From Ginkgo biloba (Eukaryota > Plantae > Ginkgophyta), in the NCBI GenBank assembly GCA_024626585.2, contig JANKJI020000004.1, positions 107,374,798 through 107,391,898 of the forward strand: a DNA stretch of 17,101 nucleotides, given 5' to 3'. The notes under the pieces were generated by a model that made no database searches, had not been told where the DNA came from, and was given only the letters and a program-made list of their open reading frames with translations. The position numbers were made by a program, and so were the translations under genes. Positions 1 through 10,639 of the stretch are shown here, in pieces (position 1 is the stretch's first letter; the number at the start of each line of letters is the position of its first letter).

Positions 1-920
1 CTCTCCTCTTCTAGACATGTTGCTTGATTGAGCTTCTTCTTGAACTGACTGAATTTGTTTAGACCTTGTATGTCATGACAATAGTGGCTGTGTTGATTGC
101 TCTCCTTACTTAATGTATGTGGACCTTGTCGAGACCATTCACAAGCTTTTGATGCTTAACTTGGGCTTAGAAACTTGAGGTTGTAATATTGAGTATGATC
201 TAGAGCTTAATATGCATAAAGTAGAAGCAAATCACAATGGTAAATATCACATTTATAAGTTGTGGCCATAAAAGGGAAAGCATTGTTTGTATTAAAAGAG
301 AATTTGATGCTTTGGAAAATTTTGTCACAAGTTGTTGGTGGATACTAAATTCACAAAATTACAGAGCTAACACCCTTAAAGGGGCATGTGTATCAGATTG
401 CCAACAGGATGTTGCAGCCATTGGAGGCCAAGCTTGCAACGTTAAAGCAACTTGGAATAAGGAAAAGAAAGAATTGGAGGTGTTTGTGTCCAACTTGAAC
501 AATTTGTTGATTTTTTAAGTACAATGAGCAAATCCCCCTAAATCAACTTTGTTCAGCTCGTATAATGCAAGAAATTTCAGCTGCCAATCTAGCTATTGGA
601 ACGCATGAGGGATAGCGAGGTTCTGTTGTTCAACTATTTGTTTCCTCTTCTTTGTTTGGAGTTGGCCTACAGGACAAGAAGTCACGTGCCAGGACATGGC
701 TCAAAGTTGGAACCTAAAGAAGTTTTCGAATGTGGACTCAGGTTAAGCCCATAGGTTTTTGCTGGAGTTAAGTTTTTACTTTAATTGAAGTGTTCATTCT
801 CAACTTGTTTCAATCTTTAGCTGAATTATCCATCCTGGTGGAGTAAGAATTTGCTGATATGTTGCATAATCCGGAATCTAAGTTGAATGAGGACTCTAGA
901 ATTTACAAGCTCACTTGTGT

Positions 921-1868
921 TCAATATTGCATCGTGATGGATAAATCACACAATGTCAAGCTGCTGATTAGTTTACAAAGTGCTTTGTCGGGGTGAATAT
1001 GTTCTTTGATTGCTTTGTCAGAACTAATCCTTAATTCTACTTCATTTTTGTCCATCCAATTTGGTGGATCTCATCTCCACCATCCATCCTTGCTTATGAA
1101 GGGTGCCCATGTCAAGCTTAATTTCTTCTCCAAAAGCCTTCTATCAGCCTTAACTTCATGCCAGCACTAAAGGGGTACTAAATCTATCTTTCTTGCTTTT
1201 TAAGCTTCATTTACCAAGGTAAAATTTGCCTCCAACACTATGTGTCATCTGTCAGGCTAAACTTCTCNNNNNNNNNNNNNNNNNNNNNNNNNNNNNNNNN
1301 NNNNNNNNNNNNNNNNNNNNNNNNNNNNNNNNNNNNNNNNNNNNNNNNNNNNNNNNNNNNNNNNNNNNNNNNNNNNNNNNNNNNNNNNNNTGATACACTA
1401 TTCTCTCTATTACAGTTATGTTTACAACACTTGCCTTCATTTGTTGGGTCCCACTGAGTTCTAGTGGCTTGTGTCTGGGTTGACATTTACCCCCAACACA
1501 TGATATAGCATCCTGCCAGGTCTCATACTTAGCCAATTCTCTAGGTCTTGTTTCTTTTGTCGGGGATGAGGATGGGTCTAACAACCAGTGTCAGATGCCA
1601 CTTTCCTTTGAAATGTTTCAGCAAATGCTAATCGTAGTGACTTTTCATATTCTTGTCAGCTTCATTTGGCACCAAAAACCTGATTTGCTCTCCGTTCTGG
1701 ATCCGACTTGGATTACATTATGAACATAGAAAATAGGGAAACATTGGTTCTTGGTGACATCTTTTCTGTCATGGGACCTCCATGGTTGTCCAGTTTTTCT
1801 GAAACTTATCTTCAATGCAGTCAAATCAGGAATTATGGGTTAGAATTTTTGGTTTTGTCTGTTGACAT
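921..1868 (-). pseudogene. Decayed unidentified ORF, probably an accessory or antisense ORF of a retroelement
   Basis: Minus-strand frames read as protein-like text (e.g. QEYEKSLRLAFAETFQRKVA..DLENWLSMRPGRMLYHVLGV; HEVKADRRLLEKKLSLTWAPFISKDGWW) interrupted by stops compatible with C>T decay. The region is split by gap 1268-1390, and no family motif was recognised. Confidence 0.3.
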
Positions 1869-2318
1869 CTTCATTCACCTTCTGACATATCATTTGCATC
1901 ATGGAGCAGATCAGTTATGTCACAAAATGAATTGGTAAGATAATGATTTCCCCAGAAAAGGAAAAAAAAAGAGGCAGCTTTTTGAAATAAAAGGTGGTTG
2001 TTGCCAAAAGAGAGGATCTCCTAATATAGTATACTTGTTGGCAAGGCCAGTCATGTATTACTACCATAGGGACTAGGCTACCATAGCATTCAAACCCCAG
2101 TACAGCCAAGAAGATATTAGGTGAGAACGACTACTCCTTGGATATTACTGATGATGCACTCAGAAAAGGGATGCTGATATGCCCTATTTGTTGGCAAGGA
2201 ACTTATGCAATTCTGCTGTTGGCTACCTTAGTCATCAAGCCCCAGTATACACAAGAAGAAAAAGAAGATGTTAGCAACAACTTATTTGGTGCAAGTGCTG
2301 GCACTTGGAAATAGGGAG

Positions 2319-2459
2319 TGATGGTTGCTTTTCAGTGGACTCCCATAAATTTTCAATCCAGGGGTCGTAAACTTTAAACAATGAAAGAGGCAGGAAACCT
2401 ACTCCATCAATCCACTCAGAAGACAGAAATGCGCTAATCCCTTAATGTGTTATAAAGAT
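2319..2459 (-). repeat. 3' LTR (visible U5 end) of the Athila-like element
   Basis: Matches 3317-3456, begins TG directly after the TSD and is cut off by the N gap. Confidence 0.88.
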
Positions 2460-2559
2460 NNNNNNNNNNNNNNNNNNNNNNNNNNNNNNNNNNNNNNNNN
2501 NNNNNNNNNNNNNNNNNNNNNNNNNNNNNNNNNNNNNNNNNNNNNNNNNNNNNNNNNNN

Positions 2560-2801
2560 CTTGACATCAAACTAGAAGATCCGAAACTATTTCTCTGACT
2601 GACCCAAAATTTGGACGGGTCTTCAGCAGGTCCGTCTCGAATATTGAGGTTCTTCAAGGTGTTAGAGATTTCTTCCATTGATTTGCCTGTGACCTCAGAT
2701 TCCAAAGGGGTCCTGATTTTCACACTCCAAATTATATTAGGTGATTCAAGAGAGTCTTTCTTCCTTCCAAAATTCTTCAAGATACCTTGGATTTTTTCCA
2801 A
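2560..2801 (-). pseudogene. Probable gag or first-ORF N-terminal remnant of the Athila-like element
   Basis: Open frame EKIQGILKNFGRKKDSLESP... lies ~500 bp downstream of the PBS in the element's sense orientation and runs into the gap. The call is positional only. Confidence 0.4.
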
Positions 2802-2959
2802 GCTCCTTACGACCTTCTAAGGAGAATTCAAGGTTCTTGATGAGTTGCCAAGTTGCTTATGTTTATGAGTTTTCTTTTGGGGTTTCTTTTTGTCTTGCTA
2901 CATTGGGTCAGAAATAAACCTCCCCAATTTATCCTTCAGATGGTTGCTCATTCAAGAAC

Positions 2960-3053
2960 TAGGTGTATAACCAGAAAGCTGCTGCTAGTCATTAGGTGTA
3001 TAACCAGGCAAGGCAAGGCACTTGGTGTATAACTAGAGAGCCACTACTAGTCA
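2960..3053. repeat. Three short degenerate direct repeats (GGTGTATAACYAG core) in the element leader
   Basis: GGTGTATAAC at 2962, 2995 and 3024; copies 1 and 3 also share CTRCTAGTCA. Confidence 0.75.
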
Positions 3054-3294
3054 AAATTAGCTCAGAAGTATCCTACATTAGAGACACCCAACTTCATTAA
3101 ATAGGGATTCTATTCACCAATTTCTTTAAATTGATGCTTCAAACGTTTGCTACTTTGAGGATTCCTTATATCTTTCTCTCAAAATATTCAATCCTTGTTA
3201 TTTTCTAGGTGCAGAATATTGAGATATTTCTTCTTATTCCTTCTGTAACCTAGTGCACACACAATGTCTTCAGATTGATATTGATGTCTTCACC

Positions 3295-3313
3295 ATCCCC
3301 AATAGTGGTGCCA
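3295..3313 (-). promoter_or_regulatory. Primer-binding site, decayed tRNA-Asp type (Athila-like)
   Basis: The minus strand reads LTR-CA|TTT|TGGCACCACTATTGGGGAT, differing from the Athila PBS TGGCGCCGTTGCCGGGGAT only by transitions. Confidence 0.7.
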
Positions 3314-3316
3314 AAA

Positions 3317-4061
3317 TGGTGGTCGCTTTTCAGTGACTTCTATAAATTATCAATCCAGGGGTCATCAAATTCAAATGATGAAAGAGGCATGAAACCTACT
3401 CTATCAATCCACTCAGAAGATAGAAATTCACTAATCCCTTAATGTTTTATAAAGATGGTTTGAATCTTTGTTTGGAAATAAAAAAGGAAAGTGTTGAACT
3501 ACAACTCTAGCAAATTAAAGCACAAAGGAACTGGAAAGCAGAAAATAGGAAAAAGGAAAACAGTAGAGTTTAAGTCTAAGGGCACAGCTAGAGTTACTAG
3601 TATTGACAGGGCCCTTTCGAAAATACTAGCAACTTCGCACGATATGTGTCTCTAGAAACTGTCCAAACTTTAGTATCAGCAAAATCAAGTATATATACAT
3701 GTGTACATCTTAGCTGTCGTAACAGACTGGAACAGTTGGTGAAGGAAACTGTCTAACCGCTTTACAACTGTCGTGCCATTCGCCCGTCGACTGGTAATTA
3801 CAATGTATTTCAAAACTGGAGATACCAATCCCCCGATGACTAGTATGTAAGTTCTAGTCTCCTAATGACTGGTAATTACAACAAAAGGATAAACTAGTTT
3901 TTACATAAAAGCATAGAAAACAACAACTAGTTTTCAACAGAATTTGGGATTTAGGATTCTGAGCTCATAACATTTTACTCTCATAGTAGGCAACCTTCAG
4001 TATTGCACTTCTCAAGAGACAAACTCACTTCGCTTGTGATGAGTGAAATTCCCACTCATCA
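3317..4061 (-). repeat. Complete 5' LTR (745 bp) of the Athila-like element
   Basis: Bounded by the PBS on the left and CATCA|GGGAG (TSD) on the right; TATA-like TGTATATATA on the minus strand at 3690-3699. Confidence 0.85.
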
Positions 4062-4071
4062 GGGAGGCTAA

Positions 4072-4486
4072 TATAACCTAGAAATATGCCCTTAGGTCAG
4101 CTTAACAGGGAATAATAGGCCCACCAAATGGAAGCATATCGTCCAGCATAGAGTGTATATCAAATTAGTATTGAAGGATGCCCTGAAAGGGGCAATAATG
4201 TACACTCATTTTAGTAGTATAGTTAGGGAGGGGTTAGTTGTTCTTAGTCGGGGTGTTAGTAAGCATCACTTGAAGTTGAGGCTAATGGGATCCACCTATT
4301 CATGTGGTGTTTAAGTGGATTTCCTGTAAAATATAATCATTGTTCATCTATTGGTTAATACGAGAGATCATTCCATGTTAACATTCAATGTTTACTATTG
4401 GGCTTTGATGTGTTCATTGCACTCCTTTGTTTGTATGCCTCTAAGCACTGTAGCTCTAATCTAATATCACTCACACAATAGTTATA
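4072..4486 (+). repeat. Putative 415-bp 3' LTR of an older element
   Basis: Removing the 2319-4066 insertion restores the purine-rich GGAAATAGGGAGGCTAA followed by TATAAC; the segment ends in the inverted match GTTATA and has a GTTAG-rich interior. No partner LTR lies in the window. Confidence 0.4.
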
Positions 4487-5130
4487 GGAGTTCAATTGAA
4501 ATATTGGAGCACATCACTAATACAATGCCCTATAGTTGAATTTGAGAATGTGTGCCTACAAAGGTACCTCGAGAAGTTCATCTTATCTATTTTTCCCATT
4601 AGTTACCATAAGAGAGGGTATCATCGATCTCTAAAGCACATTAGCACCAAATTATGGAATACTAGCATCTCCTGTTTTGTAGTGCTTGTTGATAATAGAC
4701 TTGTGNNNNNNNNNNNNNNNNNNNNNNNNNNNNNNNNACTTCTTGGCATTAAATGTTAGTCATCATGCTTCCAGTTTCTACATGTTACTTTTATCATTAT
4801 AGGTAAGTTTTGGCATTACATAAACCCAATTACTTATTGAGGAGTAAAGATAAGTTTTCCCCATCATCTGGCCGGGTGCTTGATTAAGCAGTAAAGGAAG
4901 AAGACTTTGGCTGACTTGACCAAGGATCAAATCATGGAGAAGACACAAGGAAATGCAACAATACTTTGGGCATGTTAGGTGATGCAACTTACTTTCAAGT
5001 GGTAGCTGCCACCAGCAGAACTCAAATGAAACCATTTTCTGTGGAATTCAGTATCTGGCCATTTTCACTAAGTAGAAAAATTATAATGTATGTTTTCCCC
5101 AAAATTATTCTTAAAATTGTGTTAAAATTT

Positions 5131-5636
5131 TGTTGGACGGGGATTTGACACAAGTCGGATAAGATCTAAACCGACACCGACGGAACGACTCAACGACGAG
5201 CGTTGGCGAAGAGAAGGCAGATACCGACGGAGGGAAGAGGACCAACATTGACGGACCAGTCAGCCACCGACATGAGTCGGGTGACTGACTCATGTCGACA
5301 GAAGATGCATACACAATCCTTCGACATCAACAAAGGCAATCAACCGATACTGACCAATAACACTGTCAGGTCTCACTGACCTGCGTGTCAATTGTAACCT
5401 CCTCAGCGGTTAGATAACTGTCTGCACATTGTATATATAGATATCGTAGGAAGATAAGCATGAGATTATGGCTTTATATGGAATGTAATTGGATGTAATC
5501 TGATTGGCATATAATAGAATGACTTGGATGGTTTTCCACATAATTGTGTATAGTTGAGTGAATGTACTTTACTTATGTGATGTGAACTCTTACATGTATG
5601 CATGTGTTATAAGTAGGATAAGGGATTACTGTACAC
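5131..5636 (+). mobile_element. LTR 5' portion (U3/R), truncated by gap
   Basis: Abrupt switch from AT-rich to CpG-rich sequence at TGTTGG; TATA-like TGTATATATAG at 5430; shares AGCGGTTAGA and CACAT(T)GTATATATA with LTR 3317-4061. Confidence 0.6.
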
Positions 5637-7339
5637 NNNNNNNNNNNNNNNNNNNNNNNNNNNNNNNNNNNNNNNNNNNNNNNNNNNNNNNNNNNNNNNN
5701 NNNNNNNNNNNNNNNNNNNNNNNNNNNNNNNNNNNNTACAACAAGCAAAAATACAAATCTAACCAATCAAGCAATTGCCAAGTGATCTATCCAATTCAAA
5801 GGTTTTACATAACCCTCTATTCCTTTGTGTTGGATCAATCTTTGGTCTTCCATCGAAAAAGTTCATTGTTGGTTCTCATTTTGTAGAACAATGTGGAAGA
5901 TATCATGTATGTCTTCACCTTGTTTCATTGTCACATGCTTGTCATCGCCCCATTTCCATCATTGCTCCACCTATTGCATATCATCTTTGACTTTGTTTAT
6001 ATTTTGTCCCCATAGTTATTGTCCTTTATATAAACTCAACCATTTTCTAATTTTTGTGCTTTGCACTCATCCTTGATCCAATTTTTAACCATAGGGATCA
6101 ACTTTCTCACAATGTTTGGTTTATATAGGCTTCTATAATACATTCCATCAATTACTATGTTGTAATAATATTATGCAATTTTTTTATATCCATACTAAGG
6201 TTGCCATCTTCTAGCTATAAATCATCACTCCTATTGGCGTCTCATTTGTATAATCAATTCCTAACAAATTTGATGCTCCATAGGACAAGTAATTCATCTT
6301 GCATGCCCTCATAGGAGACTCCCATTACAAACTCAATCACTAATCGTCACAATTAATAACAATCTATTCATTGCACCATTGCAAGTGGTTTTCCAGGTTT
6401 GGCAAAGATACACAATTGAAGCAATGGGCTTTTAGAACACAAATAAGTAATAAACCCATTCAAATAGAATTGAAATTCTTCTACAAATTCGTTGTAGCAT
6501 TAACAACCTCAATGCCCCAATTTCACCATTACACCCATAATTTTAATTCATTAAAAAACCAAAGTTATTTATATAGTTAAAATGCCTATAGTTGAAACTT
6601 ACCAACGACATAACATATTTTTGTAAGCTTTTGGTTTACCATACACAACTTTTGTATAGTCCTTTTTTAGTGGAATTAGAGAGGGACACATGGTAATTTT
6701 TCAAGGTCATCTTTATTTCACAAAAAAGTTGCCTAAGCAATCTTAGCCCTAATTTTTTTCACCATGAGAAGTTGCTTTATAGACTTTTACTCTCGAAGAA
6801 TTTAACTTAGAAAAGTTTCTTTTCTCCTTGAAAATTCGAAAAAAGGCCGCTTATGCTAGAACGTATTTTTACTTATAATGAAGTTCCTTGAGNNNNNNNN
6901 NNNNNNNNNNNNNNNNNNNNNNNNNNNNNNNNNNNNNNNNNNNNNNNNNNNNNNNNNNNNNNNNNNNNNNNNNNNNNNNNNNNNNNNNNNNNTGAAATAT
7001 GGAGTATGGTTTATATTGTAATAATCTCCCCATGCCTATACCAGGTTTATAGAGTGGGAGAAAATTTAGGCCACTCAAAAATAATTTCTTTTGAAATCTC
7101 TATTTTGATACTATTGTTATAACATGCTCTTCATAAATAAAAATTCTTGATGAACATTTTATTTCTTTCTAAACTACCCAAACGTGTCTTTAAATCCATG
7201 AATCTAATCTTGAAAATTGTATGAGTGCCTGAAATAAGGTGTGAACAATATTAAGGTTGCATTGGTATCTATATTCTGATTAGATTGGTGTATATTAATC
7301 CTAATATATGAGAGTTTCTAAAATTCTTATTTTTCATGT

Positions 7340-8130
7340 AATAATGTTTATCTATATATGTGTACTATTATGGATAAGTAAGACTCTCATTTGTCTATTA
7401 ACCTACCTCTCGCATAAAATTCTATGATGGTAAGACTCTATATAATATTTAATGACCTCTATGATAATGAAACCATATCATATGATCGTGAACCTATGCA
7501 AATCCATTATGGATCGAAACGAGTCCATCATTATAAAGGTAATTAAAATTGAAATAGATATGGGTCAACCACCTAAGATGATAAGTGATGAGGTTCTTAT
7601 TTTTTATATAATAATATGAATAATTGAGACAACATGTATGGCCGCTCAAATTCTTAGATATAAATATGTGTGTGTATGTACTATTATAAACAAAATTAAT
7701 AATCCCATATATTTATTATCCTAGATCTCATATAAACCCCTATGATGGTGCACCTCTATTTGGATGTTGATTACTTCTTTAGTGGTGCACCCACATCATA
7801 GAGATGGTGAAAAAACATGGTTCTAGAATCAAAGATGACATCGAGGTCCACCATTAAGGTTAATGAATGTTACAGTTCTTATTAAGCCTATATGTATAAT
7901 CACTCAATTTTTTAGATATAAGTATATATGTGTCTATGTATACTTTTATCTATGATAAATGAAATAATCCCATATATTTGTTATCCTAACTTCCATATAA
8001 ACTCTTTTGATTATGGAACTCCATGTCAACTTTACTTACCTATGTGATGGTAGACTCAAATTTATTAAACTATTAAGGTTAATGGATGGCCAAGTTCTTA
8101 TTGAGACAACATGTATAGTTTCTTTAGATA
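7340..8130. repeat. Degenerate tandem repeat, about 3 units of ~200-300 bp
   Basis: Recurrent anchors: GTTCTTATT (7593, 7875, 8094), ATTGAGACAACATGTAT (7623, 8100), TTAGATA plus RY tract (7654, 7912, 8124) and AATAATCCCATATATTT (7698, 7963). Confidence 0.75.
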
Positions 8131-8243
8131 CACACACATACATTCATGTGTGTGTGTGTGTGTATGTGCATATACATTTACATATATATACATATAGATA
8201 TACACATATGCATATACATATACACATACACATATACATATAC
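8128..8243. repeat. Compound (CA)n/(TG)n/(TA,CA)n microsatellite running into a gap
   Basis: Alternating purine-pyrimidine tract read directly from the sequence. Confidence 0.95.
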
Positions 8244-8556
8244 NNNNNNNNNNNNNNNNNNNNNNNNNNNNNNNNNNNNNNNNNNNNNNNNNNNNNNNNN
8301 NNNNNNNNNNNNNNNNNNNNNNNNNNNNNNNNNNNNNNNNNNNNNNNNNNNNNNNNNNNNNNNNNNNNNNNNNNNNNNNNNNNNNNNNNNNNNNNNNNNN
8401 NNNNNNNNNNNNNNNNNNNNNNNNNNNNNNNNNNNNNNNNNNNNNNNNNNNNNNNNNNNNNNNNNNNNNNNNNNNNNNNNNNNNNNNNNNNNNNNNNNNN
8501 NNNNNNNNNNNNNNNNNNNNNNNNNNNNNNNNNNNNNNNNNNNNNNNNNNNNNNNN

Positions 8557-10621
8557 TGCAATGTGGTTAGGCGAGTGCACAAAAATCGCCCGTTCTTCCC
8601 AGGATCTTTCTCAATTACGAGACTCAAACTTTGTCCCTGTGTAGTGTCCCATCCCTTTAAGGGAGCTTGCTCAAAACCTACAAATAAACAAAAATAATGC
8701 CTAAGACCACTATTCATACACTCTAACTTAATGGATCATAGGCCACCATACACATGCACAACACACATGGAATAATACAATACTTTTAATTAAAATCTGA
8801 CCCACAAGCCGAAATTACTTTTGCATTCCAAAAATATAATAAATTTACATTAAAAGTGGCCCATGACTTAATTCAAGTGATTACATGCAAATTACCCTCA
8901 GTGGGGTTTGAACCTACTCGCACTTGAAATTCCAACACCTCCCTCTTGGAGGGTATCCTCTTCAACATCCCTGGTTACCTCATTTAGTGGATATATCATT
9001 CATTTATCATCTCTGTTAGTTCCTCTTAAATCAATGTGTGGAGTTGCCTCCTCTCTAGTCATCGATCTTCACTACATTTTGTAGAGATACCTCTATCAAC
9101 TCATTGGCTCCCTATTTTATCTCCTTGGCATCCTTCTCATGTTCTCTTCTAATGAGATCTACCTCCCTGCTACTCCTTAGCATCCTCCTCATCTCCTTTT
9201 CTAACTAGAGCTACATCCCTGCTACTCCTTAACATTCTTCTTGTCTCTCCTTTTGATGAGAGCTACCTCTGTGCTACTCCTTGGTGTCCTCCTCATCTCC
9301 TCTTTTGATGACAGAAACCTCCCTACCACTCTCCTCCTTCACTCTATCTCTTAGAACTGCCTCTATTAGCAATATGTTCCTTTCTCTCTTTCTCTCTTAT
9401 GCATCCCCTCTCCCACTGACTCTCTTTTAATTTCTCTTCACCTGGCTTGGTCCCCAAGGACACATTAATCACCTGCCAGATCCTTCGACAATTCCTCGCT
9501 TGTCACATCGTGTTGGCCCATGCCTTCTCTAATTATTTCTATCATTTTCTTTCGCATGGTTGCTATGCATTCATCAATTTAAGCTAACTGCACGTAGCCC
9601 CCAATGATTCTCTTCTTCCTGCTTGATCATTTTATGGCATTCATTAATGGTACTTGCAATGCCTTTTGTTGGAAGTTCCTTCTAGGGATGGTCCTCCATG
9701 CCCTATCACTGCACTTTGAGCTTTAAATGCTCAGTATGGATCTCCATGCCCTATTTATTCTCCTTCATGCCATCACTCTTTCACCTTCATCATTTTACCC
9801 TTATTTCTCCATTTATTTCCTATTTATATTTCCTTTCATTTTATTTATTTAAGTCAAGCCTCAAAATTTCTCGCTCATGTCAGCCTCCACCATCATTCCC
9901 TTTCTCTGCCTAGGTTTTGACCATGTCACTCACCCCCAACCATGTCAGTTTCTATTCTCCTAAGTTAATGTATGTCGGTCATTCTCTTTATCGATCATGT
10001 CAGTTCCTATCTTTGTCAATGCATGCCAATCCTTACTCTATCAATGATGTCAATTTTCTCTTATTTTCTCCTTTTTCAATTATTTTTTGGCTCCCATAAT
10101 TTTCTTGTGCACTTCTCTCTCCTCAAGGGATTTTTCCCACCGATGTATGTCAGTCTTCATCGACATGTCCCATTGATGATATCGACCAAATCTCCCTATC
10201 GATTGTCGATCGCCTTTCCTGTCAACGTCAATGACCTCCATCGGTCACATTCCTTATCTTTCATTGTCAATTCCTTTTCTTTCCTTCTCTCCTCTAAATA
10301 TCTCTATTTATCACTGACCTATTTTATTTCTATCATTCATAGTCCATGTTGGCTACCATTTTCCCTTTTTCCCATCGGGCATCAGTGTCAAACTATACTA
10401 TGTCAACAATGTCATCCACTTCATATCATGTCAGCGTCAGTCATTGATAAGCCAACACACAAATCTCCATGTGACCCTGTCAACCGCCAACATACCTATT
10501 TTACTCAAAATTCCCTTTGGCAGGAAATAATCACACTTTGTTGGTGCACCTCCACAGGTCTACTGTCACCCTTCGTCCAAAATTCTTCTATAGCTCCAAA
10601 ATGAGGGATGCCCCTACATCA
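8557..10621 (-). repeat. 3' LTR (LTR-C, ~2.07 kb)
   Basis: Starts TGATGTAGGGGCATCC directly after the PPT; its far end is homologous to the LTR next to PBS 13662-13674. The last ~3 nt probably lie in the gap, and continuity as a single LTR is inferred. Confidence 0.65.
9107..9335. repeat. 52-bp tandem minisatellite, about 4.4 copies, inside LTR-C
   Basis: Units like CTACCTCCCTGCTACTCCTTRGCATCCTCCTCATCTCCTTTT.. start at 9159, 9211, 9263 and 9315, with a degenerate copy at ~9107. Confidence 0.85.
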
Positions 10622-10635
10622 TCCTCCCCTTCTTT
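10622..10635 (-). promoter_or_regulatory. Polypurine tract
   Basis: Minus strand AAAGAAGGGGAGGA immediately followed by TGATGTAGG. Confidence 0.8.
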
Positions 10636-10639
10636 AAAA

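Larger units (their letters stand above)
2319..4061 (-). mobile_element. Gypsy Athila-like LTR retrotransposon, most of the interior hidden in gap 2460-2559
   Basis: Direct repeats 2319-2459 and 3317-3456 (about 87% identical by hand), termini TGATG...CATCA, 5-bp TSD GGGAG at 2314-2318 and 4062-4066, and a PBS adjacent to the right-hand LTR. Confidence 0.88.

Noticed and set aside
237-518. 93-aa plus-strand ORF
   Set aside because: No recognisable domain, splice context or supporting exons; short ORFs of this size are expected by chance.
596-620. TTGGAACGCATGAGGGA as a possible PBS
   Set aside because: Poor match to tRNA 3' ends I know, and not preceded by an LTR CA terminus.
5770-6420. Possible decayed minus-strand coding sequence
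   Set aside because: Many stops and no motif; it cannot be assigned without a search.
6661-6672. CCTTTTTTAGTG as a CACTA terminus
   Set aside because: No matching TIR with a 3-bp TSD upstream and no clear subterminal repeat array.
7740-7801. Imperfect inverted repeat CTATGATG..GTGCACC / GGTGCAC..CATCATAG
   Set aside because: It is real but needs a 3-nt bulge and is not clearly kept in the other repeat units, so no function can be argued.
8007-8717. Long ORFs across the microsatellite and gap
   Set aside because: Artefacts of dinucleotide repeats and N runs; the same applies to the other X-containing ORFs.
9107-9335. CRISPR-like periodicity
   Set aside because: The whole unit is repeated with no unique spacers, there are no cas genes, and the context is a eukaryotic retroelement.
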